A stretch of 12,877 nucleotides of DNA, from positions 1 to 12,877 of the forward strand of contig JBBQEB010000114.1 in NCBI GenBank assembly GCA_038320275.1. Reading direction: 5' to 3'. The stretch comes from Myxococcales bacterium. GTDB lineage: Bacteria > Myxococcota > Myxococcia > Myxococcales > Anaeromyxobacteraceae. A program made the position numbers and the translations under genes. Below the pieces are notes generated by a model. That model saw nothing but the letters and a program-made list of their open reading frames with translations, was not told where the DNA came from and did no database searches. The stretch's first letter is position 1, and each line of letters opens with the position of its first letter. Positions 1 through 7,109 of the stretch are shown here, piece after piece.

Positions 1-2
1 TG

Positions 3-998
3 GAGCCCCTCCGCGAGGCGCGCCAGCACGGCACGGCAGCCGGAGCCAGCGCGGGGCTCCTCTGGTGGATCGGCCCCCAGGCGCTCACGGTGCGGGTCGA
101 GCCTCGCGGCGAGCGGCTCGACGCGGCGGGCGCCCCTGGGCGCGAACGGCTGGGGCTGGCCGTCTCCGCTTCCGACGACGTCGCGCTCGCGGGCAGCCGC
201 TTCCGGCTGCAGCCCGCGTTGCGCTGGGACAGGGAGGGGCCGTTCACCGGGGTGTCGGCGAAGCTGGGCGCCTCGGCTCGCCTGGCGGGGCCCGTCACCC
301 TTCGCGCCAACGGCGGCCATGGCTTCCGCGCGCCGAGCTTCGCGGAGCTGTACCTCTCGCAGGGGCTGCTCTCGGCCAATCCCGACCTCGTGCCCGAGGA
401 GTCCTGGTCGGCCGATGGGGCGCTGGTGGCCGAAGGGCGCCTGGGGCTCGCGTCGGCGGGGGTCTTCGCCCAGCTCTATCGCGACCTCATCGTCTACCAG
501 CCGGACTCCTTCCGCCGCTTCAAGCCGTTCAACGACGGCAAGGCCGCCTCGCGCGGGATCGAGCTGGAAGTCGCCACCGCGCCGGTGGGGCCCGCCGGGC
601 TTTCCGCCCAGGGGTCCTACACGCTCCTCGCAAGCGAGACCTTGCGCGGCGAGTCGGACGTGCTCGGGAAGGCGCTCCCTCATCGCGCGCGCCATCGCCT
701 GTTCGCACGCCTGAACGCCGGTCGCGGCCGCCTCGCCGCGCACGCCGAGGCGCACGCCGTCAGCTCGCAGTCCCTCGACCTGCGCAACTCGGCCTCCCTT
801 CGCGTTTCGGCCGCCTTCACCCTGAACCTCGGCGGCTCGATCCGCCTGCTGCGCAGCCCAGAGACCCTCCTCGCCCTCGAGGCGAAGAACCTCCTCGACG
901 ACCGTTCCATCCAGGACGGCTTCGGCAACCCGCTCCCCGGACGCATGGTGATGATCTCCGTGCGCATCGCCGGGGGAAAGGACGTGACCTCACCATGA
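3..998 (+). CDS. TonB-dependent outer-membrane receptor, C-terminal part (BtuB-like; truncated by window start)
   Basis: The frame of ORF 90..998 is open back to base 3. It has TBDR barrel motifs GFRAPSFAELY, NPDLVPEES and a terminal KNLLD...PLPGR segment, and lies upstream of an ABC uptake cassette. The substrate is inferred from context only. Confidence 0.9.
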   Translation, partial: EPLREARQHGTAAGASAGLLWWIGPQALTVRVEPRGERLDAAGAPGRERLGLAVSASDDVALAGSRFRLQPALRWDREGPFTGVSAKLGASARLAGPVTLRANGGHGFRAPSFAELYLSQGLLSANPDLVPEESWSADGALVAEGRLGLASAGVFAQLYRDLIVYQPDSFRRFKPFNDGKAASRGIELEVATAPVGPAGLSAQGSYTLLASETLRGESDVLGKALPHRARHRLFARLNAGRGRLAAHAEAHAVSSQSLDLRNSASLRVSAAFTLNLGGSIRLLRSPETLLALEAKNLLDDRSIQDGFGNPLPGRMVMISVRIAGGKDVTSP

Positions 999-2260
999 CG
1001 AAGCTCCCGCTGTTCGGCCTCACCCTCCTCGCGCTCGCCGCCTGCTCCAGCGAGAAGACCTGCTCCTCGGGCGAGAAGCTCATCGGCGACACCTGCTACG
1101 CCCTCCAGTCGGATCCCCTCAACTGCGGCTCCAAGGGGACCGCCTGCGGCGCTGGCCAGGGTTGCTCCGCCGGCGCCTGCGTCGACTGCACCTCGACGCC
1201 GGGCGCGTGCACCACCGACCTGCTCGCCGCCTGCTTCGACTCGAACCAGGTGCTTCCGCTCCGGGCCGACCTCGTCCAGAGCGGCGCTCCGTTCTCCGTC
1301 GACTCCGGACCGACCGCCTTCGCCAGGCTCGGGACGACCCTCTACGTGGCGAACAGCCTCTCGAGCACCATCTCCGCCATCACGCTGTCGCCACCGTCCG
1401 CCACGAGGGGCGCTAATGCCATCGCCGTCCGGTCCGGCGCGGCCGGCTCGGGTGACCTGGAGGGCCTCGCCGCCCACGGAGGGCTGCTGTGGGCGGCCAA
1501 CTCGGCGGCGGGAACGCTCGTCGCGATCGATGCTGCCAAGGGTACGGCGGTCGACGAGGTGGCGCTCGCCGCGAAGGCTGGAGACGCCACCCGGCCGCTG
1601 GGCATCGCTTTCGTGGACGCGCCCTCGAAGAAGGCCTACGTCGCGCTGAGCGGCACCGATGAGGTGGCCGTCGTGGACGTGACCACCGTACCCGGTGTGC
1701 GGCTGGTCGAGCGCATCTCGCTCGCCTCGCTCGCCACGCCCGGCGCCCTGGCCGGCCCCTCGCGCCTCCTCGCGACGGGGGGCAAGGTGTACGTGACGCT
1801 CAACAACGCGTTCGACGCCTCGTTCGCGCCGGTCGCGGGGGCGCAGGGGCGGCTCGCCGTGATCGACCCGGCCACCGACGCGGTGGTGGGTGCCGCGACG
1901 GACCTCGGGCTCGCCTGCTCCAATCCAAGCGGTCTGGCGATCTCTGGAACGACCCTCTGGGTCGGATGCGGCCGCCAGATCTTCGACCCGAAGACGTTCG
2001 CGGTGACCGGTCTCGCCGGGACTGCGCTCGTGCCGGTCGAGCTCGGCGGCGCCTCACCGGTCGCCGGGACGGCGCTCACCACCACGAGCGCGATCGGCGG
2101 GGTCGCCATCTGCGGCGAGCGGGGCTACGCTGCCGCGAGCGAGAGCGGGACGATGATCTCCTTCGATCCCAAAGCGCGGACGATCACGTCCTCGACCCTG
2201 GTCTGTCCCGCAAGCCCCGGCATGGGGAGCTTCGTCGCCGACGTGGCATGCGCGCGCTGA
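995..2260 (+). CDS. Lipoprotein with an N-terminal Cys-rich domain and a YncE/YVTN-like beta-propeller (421 aa)
   Basis: ATG at 995 overlaps the receptor stop (ATGA), with a purine-rich RBS GGAAAGGA just upstream. Signal peptide with lipobox LAA-C17, Cys-rich DPLNCGSKGTAC...C...C module, and blade-like repeats LYVANS, LWAANS, AYVALS, VYVTLN, LWVGC, GYAAAS. The upstream part of ORF 65..2260 is spurious. Confidence 0.85.
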   Translation: MTKLPLFGLTLLALAACSSEKTCSSGEKLIGDTCYALQSDPLNCGSKGTACGAGQGCSAGACVDCTSTPGACTTDLLAACFDSNQVLPLRADLVQSGAPFSVDSGPTAFARLGTTLYVANSLSSTISAITLSPPSATRGANAIAVRSGAAGSGDLEGLAAHGGLLWAANSAAGTLVAIDAAKGTAVDEVALAAKAGDATRPLGIAFVDAPSKKAYVALSGTDEVAVVDVTTVPGVRLVERISLASLATPGALAGPSRLLATGGKVYVTLNNAFDASFAPVAGAQGRLAVIDPATDAVVGAATDLGLACSNPSGLAISGTTLWVGCGRQIFDPKTFAVTGLAGTALVPVELGGASPVAGTALTTTSAIGGVAICGERGYAAASESGTMISFDPKARTITSSTLVCPASPGMGSFVADVACAR

Positions 2261-3120
2261 CCCACTCGCTCCCCCCCGTCCTCGCCGCGCTCGTCCTCGC
2301 GGCGGGGACGGCTGGGGCGGCCCCGGCCGCCGAGCGCGGCCCCGAGTGGCTCGGGCCCCCCGCGCCCGCCTCGCCCCGGCGCGTGGTCACCCTCGCCCCC
2401 AGCCTCACCGACATGGCGGTAGCGCTCGGCCATGCCGAGCTGCTCGTCGGCGTCACGCGCTACGACGACGCGCGCGAGGTGGCGAAGCTCCCGCGGGTGG
2501 GCGGCTTCCTCGACCCGAGCCCGGAGGCCGTCCTGGCGCTCCGGCCCGACCTCGTCCTCTGGATGACCGACGGCGGTGCGCTCGGGGCCGTCCGGCGCAT
2601 CGCCTCGCTGGGCGTCCCGGTGCGCGCCATCCCGGTGGTGAGCGTGGCCGACGTGCTCCGCGGCGCGCGGCTGGTGGGGAGCGCGCTGGGGGACGCCGCG
2701 GGCGGCGAGCGGCTGGCGCGCTCTCTGGAGGACGGGGTGGAAGCGGCGCGGCGGAGGGCGGCCGGTGAGCGGCGGGTGAGGGTCCTCTTCATCGTGGGGC
2801 GCGATCCGCTGGTGGTGGCGGGGCCGGGCAGCTTCCCCGATGAGCTCCTCCGGCTGGTGGGCGGGGTGAACGCGGTGAGGAGCGACCGACCCTGGCCCGT
2901 CTACCCGGTGGAGCGGGCCATTGCCGACGACCCGGCCCTCGTCATCGACGGTGCCGTGCTGGAGCCGCCCGAGGGCATGGCGCGCCTGGCAGCCATCCCG
3001 GCGGTGCGGCGGGGAGCCGTGCACCGGCTCCGGGACGACGCCGCCCTCCGGCCGGGGCCGCGGCTCCTGCAGGCGCTGGATGAGCTCGCGGGCGCGCTGC
3101 GAGAGGCGAGCGCACGGTGA
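2248..3120 (+). CDS. btuF: Periplasmic substrate-binding protein, BtuF/helical-backbone family (likely cobalamin-binding; 290 aa)
   Basis: ATG 2248 (MRALTHSLPPVLAALVLAAGTAGA signal peptide). Motifs RVVTLAPSLTD, LVGVT, VGGFLDPSPEAVLALRPDLVL, GPGSF..GGVN..WP and RPGPRL are typical of BtuF-like proteins. The symbol is family-level. Confidence 0.8.
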   Translation: MRALTHSLPPVLAALVLAAGTAGAAPAAERGPEWLGPPAPASPRRVVTLAPSLTDMAVALGHAELLVGVTRYDDAREVAKLPRVGGFLDPSPEAVLALRPDLVLWMTDGGALGAVRRIASLGVPVRAIPVVSVADVLRGARLVGSALGDAAGGERLARSLEDGVEAARRRAAGERRVRVLFIVGRDPLVVAGPGSFPDELLRLVGGVNAVRSDRPWPVYPVERAIADDPALVIDGAVLEPPEGMARLAAIPAVRRGAVHRLRDDAALRPGPRLLQALDELAGALREASAR

Positions 3121-4139
3121 GCCGCCGCCTCGCCGCGGTGGTGGTGCTGGGGCTCCTCGCCCTGGCGGCGGCGCTCGCCATCTCGTGCGCGCTGGGGGCG
3201 CAGCCCATCTCGCTCGCCCGGGCCTTCGCGGGAGGCGAGCCGGACCGGGCCATCCTCCTGGGACTGCGGCTGCCCCGGGCCCTGGTGGGCGCGCTCGTGG
3301 GGTGCGCGCTCGCCGCGGCGGGGACCGCCCTCCAGGCGCTCCTGCGCAATCCCCTGGCGGAGCCGTTCGTGCTGGGCGTCTCCGGCGGCGCGGCGCTGGG
3401 CGGGACGCTGGTGCTCCTCCTCGCCACCCTCGCCTCCCGCCTCGTCGCCGGGGGCGCGCTGCTGGGCTCGGCACCGCCGGTGGCGGCGGGCGCCATCGGC
3501 GGCGCGGCGGGCGCGACCGTCCTCGTCTTCGCGCTCGGCCGCGTCTCGGGCCGGCTCGTGCCCGAGGCCGCGCTCCTGGTGGGTGTCGTCTTCAACGCCT
3601 TCGCCGCCGCCGTCATCACGCTGGTGAAGGTGCTGGTGACGCCGGAGCAGGCGGCCCGCCTCCTCTACTGGCTCATGGGGGCCATCGGTTACGAGGGGAC
3701 GGAGACGATCGCGGTCGGCGCCGTCTGCGTGGGCCTGGCGGTGGGCGCGCTCCTCCTCTTGTCGGGGCGGCTCAACCTGCTCGCGCTGGGCGAGGACGAG
3801 GCGGCGAGCCTGGGCATCGACGTGGGCCGCTCCCGCGCGCTGGTGCTCCTCGCCGCCAGTGCCGCCACCGGGGCGGCGGTGGCGCTCTCCGGCCTGGTGG
3901 GCTTCGTCGGGCTCATCGTGCCGCACGCCGCCCGGCGGGTGCTGGGGCCGGACCACCGGCTGCTCGTCCCCGCCTCGGCGCTCTTCGGCGCTGCCTTCCT
4001 CGTGCTGGCGGACGCCCTGGCGCGGCTCGCCTTCGTGCCGCTGGGCACCGAGCCGCCGGTGGGCGCGCTCACCGCCTTCCTGGGCGGACCGCTCTTCCTG
4101 TGGCTCCTCCGCCGCGCCGAGCGGCCGGCGCGCGGGTAG
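3117..4139 (+). CDS. btuC: FecCD/BtuC-family ABC transporter permease
   Basis: GTGA overlap with the upstream stop. Motifs LRLPR, QALLRNPLAEPFVLGVSGGA, LGEDEAASLG, GFVGLIVPH, PVGALTAFLGGPLFLWLL and multiple TM segments. Confidence 0.9.
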   Translation: MSRRLAAVVVLGLLALAAALAISCALGAQPISLARAFAGGEPDRAILLGLRLPRALVGALVGCALAAAGTALQALLRNPLAEPFVLGVSGGAALGGTLVLLLATLASRLVAGGALLGSAPPVAAGAIGGAAGATVLVFALGRVSGRLVPEAALLVGVVFNAFAAAVITLVKVLVTPEQAARLLYWLMGAIGYEGTETIAVGAVCVGLAVGALLLLSGRLNLLALGEDEAASLGIDVGRSRALVLLAASAATGAAVALSGLVGFVGLIVPHAARRVLGPDHRLLVPASALFGAAFLVLADALARLAFVPLGTEPPVGALTAFLGGPLFLWLLRRAERPARG

Positions 4140-4150
4140 GATGCCCCGCC

Positions 4151-5167
4151 GTGACCCCTCGCCGCTCCGCCCTGCTCGTCTCCGCCCTCTGCGTCGCCGC
4201 CGTCGCGGCGGCCCTCGGCGCGACCCGGTACGTGGAGGCGCGCAGCCCGGGCCTGCTCATGGGCGCCGCGCCGGAGTTCCGGCCCCTTCCGCTGCGCCGC
4301 TTCGACGTCCACCAGCGCGTCACCCCGGGCACGGTGGCGGATGCGGTGCGCATCGCGGAGGCGAACGGCATCGACGGCTTCGTGAACCTCTCCGGCGGCC
4401 ACCTCGGCGGCGGGCTGGAGGAGAGCCTCGAGGCGGCGCGCCCCTTCGGCCGCCGCGTCATCGTGTTCATGGAGCTCGACCTCGAAGGCTGCTGCGGCGC
4501 CGGCTGGTCGGCCCGCGAGGTCGACCGGCTCGCGCGCGGCAAGGCGCTCGGGGCGCGCGGGCTGCACGCCTTCGAGCCCACCGAGGATGGACCCGCGGGC
4601 GCTCCCGCGCTCGACGCGCCGCAGCTCGACCCGATCTGGAGCGCCTGCGCGCGCCTCGCGCTTCCGGTCGCGATCGCCGCGGAGGGTCCGGCCTGGCTCC
4701 GGCTGGTGGAGCACAATCCCGACGTCCGCTTCATCGCCTCGCGCTTCGGCGGCTCGGAGCGCGATCCCGGCGCCGCGGCGGCGCTGCTAGAGCGGCTCCC
4801 CAACCTCGTCCTCGACACGGCGGGGGCGGTCCCTGAGCTCGGGCTCGGCGCCGAAGCAGCGCGGCGAGCCATCCTCGCCCATCCCGAACGCGTGCTCCTT
4901 GGAACCGGCCTGCAATATCTCCAGGGGGACGGCTACAAGGCGCTGGTTTACGGCGCGGGACCGCCCGGCGGCTCGGAGGCGATGCGCCGCTTCTTCGAAG
5001 GCATCTACCGCTTCTACGAGACCCGCGACGCGGAGATCCCGAGCCCCACCCCGGCGCAGGGGCGCGCTCCGCTCGCGGGCATGGGGCTGCCGCGCGACGC
5101 GCTCGACAAGCTCTACCACCGCAACGCCGAGAGCCTGCTGGGACTCGGCGACCGGTGGGCCCCCTGA
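4151..5167 (+). CDS. Amidohydrolase_2-fold (TIM barrel) protein with N-terminal signal/anchor and degenerate metal site (338 aa)
   Basis: Probable GTG start at 4151, 11 nt after the btuC stop. N-terminus TPRRSALL plus a hydrophobic stretch. Family-like segments FDVHQR, GARGL, LDPIWSACARLALPV, HNPDVRFI, PNLVLDT, ERVLLGTG and KLYHRNAESLL. Confidence 0.8.
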   Translation: MTPRRSALLVSALCVAAVAAALGATRYVEARSPGLLMGAAPEFRPLPLRRFDVHQRVTPGTVADAVRIAEANGIDGFVNLSGGHLGGGLEESLEAARPFGRRVIVFMELDLEGCCGAGWSAREVDRLARGKALGARGLHAFEPTEDGPAGAPALDAPQLDPIWSACARLALPVAIAAEGPAWLRLVEHNPDVRFIASRFGGSERDPGAAAALLERLPNLVLDTAGAVPELGLGAEAARRAILAHPERVLLGTGLQYLQGDGYKALVYGAGPPGGSEAMRRFFEGIYRFYETRDAEIPSPTPAQGRAPLAGMGLPRDALDKLYHRNAESLLGLGDRWAP

Positions 5168-5967
5168 GCTTCACCTCCTCGGCGCTGGCTTCGGCGGGGC
5201 CCCTCGTCGACGTGCGAGGCGTCTCGTTCTGGCACGGCGCGCTGCAGGCCCTGGCGGACGTCTCCTTCACCGCCGGGGCCGGAGAGCTGGTGGGCCTGGT
5301 GGGCCCGAACGGCGCCGGAAAGAGCACGCTCGTGAGACTCGTCGCCGGCCTCGCGGCACCCGCGGCCGGCCTGGTGCGCCTGGGCGGGCTCGATCCCTTC
5401 CGCGCGCCGCGGCGCGAGGTAGCGCGCGTGGCCGCGCTCGTACCCCAGGAGCCGAGCGTGGCCTGGCCCTTCACGGTGCGCGAGGTGGTGATGATGGGCC
5501 GCGCGCCGCGCCAGGGGCTCCTCGCGCGCGCCTCCCCGCTCGACCAGGGCGCGGTGGAGGGCGCGCTCCAGGCCTGCGACCTCACGCGCCTCGCCGGACG
5601 CAGGGTGGACGCGCTCTCGGGCGGCGAGCGGCGCCGGGTCTTCTTCGCGCGCGCGCTGGCGCAGGAGCCCCGCGTCCTGTTGCTGGACGAGCCCACCGCC
5701 TTCCTCGACCTCGCCCATCAGGTGGCGGTGATGAAGATGGCGGAGGTAGCCGCACGGGCCGGCCTGTGCGTGGTGGCGGTGCTCCACGACCTCAACCTCG
5801 CCGCCGGCTCGTGCAGCCGGCTGGTGGTGATGTCCGGCGCGCGGGTGGTCGCGGAGGGCCCTCCGCGCGAGGTACTCACCGCGGAGCGGGTGCGCGAGGT
5901 GTGGGGCGTGCCGGTCTGGCGCGGCGAGCACGGCCGCACCGGGATGCCGATCATCCTGCCGGCGTGA
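5155..5967 (+). CDS. btuD: ABC transporter ATP-binding protein, BtuD/FepC/FecE family
   Basis: Walker A GPNGAGKS, Q-loop VPQE, signature LSGGE, Walker B LLLDEP, then LDLAHQ and VLHDLNLA typical of cobalamin/siderophore ATPases. The exact start is uncertain. Confidence 0.9.
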   Translation: MGPLSFTSSALASAGPLVDVRGVSFWHGALQALADVSFTAGAGELVGLVGPNGAGKSTLVRLVAGLAAPAAGLVRLGGLDPFRAPRREVARVAALVPQEPSVAWPFTVREVVMMGRAPRQGLLARASPLDQGAVEGALQACDLTRLAGRRVDALSGGERRRVFFARALAQEPRVLLLDEPTAFLDLAHQVAVMKMAEVAARAGLCVVAVLHDLNLAAGSCSRLVVMSGARVVAEGPPREVLTAERVREVWGVPVWRGEHGRTGMPIILPA

Positions 5968-6014
5968 GCGGCTGAAAGAATTCCTCTCCGGGGACTGATC
6001 CGCGGCCCGTCTCC

Positions 6015-6890
6015 CTACTGCGACATGAGGAAGATCTTGATGGTCAGGCCAAACATTCGCTCGGTGGGCGCCTCGATGCGCTGGCGGTACGCGAGGTCGA
6101 CGGCGAAGCCGCTGGTGGTGATGATCCCGAGGCCGCCCGACCAGAAGGAGGCGCGCCGGGTGTCGTCCTTGAGGTAGCCGGCGCGCACCGGGAAGAAGTC
6201 GCCGAGGAGCAGCTCCCCGCCGACGGCGTAGGCGCTGGTGAGCTTCTCGGCGCGGTCGTAGTCGCCGCGCCAGTCGACCGCGAGGTGGAAGCGGCGGTCG
6301 TCGCCCACCGACGCGCCGACGCCCAGCCCTCGCGGCTGCACGCTCTTGTGGCCCGTCGAGAGCAGGTTGTAGCCGCTCACGCCCAGCGCCAGCCAGCCCG
6401 GCTTCAGGAAGGCGGAGGCATCCACGTTGGCGGCGCTCATGTGCTGTCCGCCGGGGCCGTCGACGTTCTGGTACTTGCCCGTGCCGCCCAGGAAGAAGGT
6501 CCGTCCCAGCGGGACGGCGAGCGCCATGTGATAGAGGCTGCCGAGCCACGGTCCGCCCAGCACGCGCGTGTAGCCGAAGCCGCCGGTCACCGAGCCTGTC
6601 TCGGAGTCCACCACCGACCCGCCATACGCCTGCAGGGCCGTCCCGTCGCCCACCCGGTCGAGCGTCCACTGCGACTCGACGGCGTAGCGGCGGAGGGCCG
6701 CGAGCGAGGCCGCGTTGGTGAAGATGCCGTCGTTCCCCGCGGCGACGCCGCGATACGCCCCCATCGACAGCGCACGCGCGCCGAGGAGGTCGGGGATGCC
6801 GGCCGGCAGCGGCGGGTCGGCCCCTTCCGCCGGCACCGCAGCGAGGGTGAAACAGGCCACGAGCGCCAGGAAGCCAGGGGATCTCCGCAC
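6015..6890 (-). CDS. Putative outer-membrane beta-barrel protein, PorV/FadL-like N-terminus (291 aa)
   Basis: The real gene is the last 291 codons of the 1617-aa ORF. GTG start gives a signal peptide (RRSPGFLALVACFTLAAVPAEG). GARALSMG...NAASLA motif, then alternating amphipathic strands (VRAGY, WSGGLG, VDLAY, FGLTIKIF). Confidence 0.7.
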   Translation of the reverse strand: MRRSPGFLALVACFTLAAVPAEGADPPLPAGIPDLLGARALSMGAYRGVAAGNDGIFTNAASLAALRRYAVESQWTLDRVGDGTALQAYGGSVVDSETGSVTGGFGYTRVLGGPWLGSLYHMALAVPLGRTFFLGGTGKYQNVDGPGGQHMSAANVDASAFLKPGWLALGVSGYNLLSTGHKSVQPRGLGVGASVGDDRRFHLAVDWRGDYDRAEKLTSAYAVGGELLLGDFFPVRAGYLKDDTRRASFWSGGLGIITTSGFAVDLAYRQRIEAPTERMFGLTIKIFLMSQ

Positions 6891-6896
6891 CGCGCG

Positions 6897-6925
6897 ACAG
6901 TAGCCGCCACCCCCGCCGGCGGCAA
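6897..6925 (-). promoter_or_regulatory. Putative sigma70-type promoter TTGCCG-N17-TACTGT, 6 nt upstream of the GTG start
   Basis: On the minus strand, -35 at 6925-6920, a 17-nt spacer and -10 at 6902-6897; no SD between -10 and the start. Confidence 0.55.
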
Positions 6926-6965
6926 TTCCACGCGATGTCGAACGGGGCATGCTGCCCCGCCCCGT

Positions 6966-7076
6966 CGGCTGAGCCGCCGGGTCCCCACCCCTGCCTGAAG
7001 GGCTCCGCCCTCCCCCGCTTCGCGGGGGACCCCTCCCGTTCGCGCGGCCTTCCCGGGCCCCGGGTGAGAGGCAGGG
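6966..7076. repeat. Cluster of inverted repeats (REP-like or structured intergenic element)
   Basis: CGGC-TGA-GCCG (6966-6976), GGGC-TCC-GCCC (7000-7010), TCCCCCGC-TTC-GCGGGGGA (7011-7029), and an outer pair CCCTGCCT (6989-6996)/AGGCAGGG (7069-7076). Confidence 0.5.
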
Positions 7077-7109
7077 CGCGAGCGTGGCCGCCCCGATAGA
7101 AGGCCGCCC

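Noticed and set aside
65..994. N-terminal extension of ORF 65..2260 (similarly 1966..2247 and 2921..4150)
   Set aside because: Arg/Pro/Gly-rich off-frame translations overlapping genuine genes; real starts are at 995, 2248 and 4151, each followed by a signal-like peptide.
5968..6014. Intrinsic terminator between the convergent btuD and barrel genes
   Set aside because: No convincing stem followed by a U-tract on either strand.
7000..7029. Hairpins as a PriA primosome assembly site
   Set aside because: Proximity to priA is the only link; there is no recognisable similarity to known PAS sequences.
6930..7109. Cobalamin riboswitch, 6S or SRP RNA in the intergenic region
   Set aside because: A GGGAAGG occurs on the minus strand, but the other B12-element motifs and the SRP core motif are absent, and the position is not upstream of the btu genes. 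A covariance search would be needed to exclude other RNAs.
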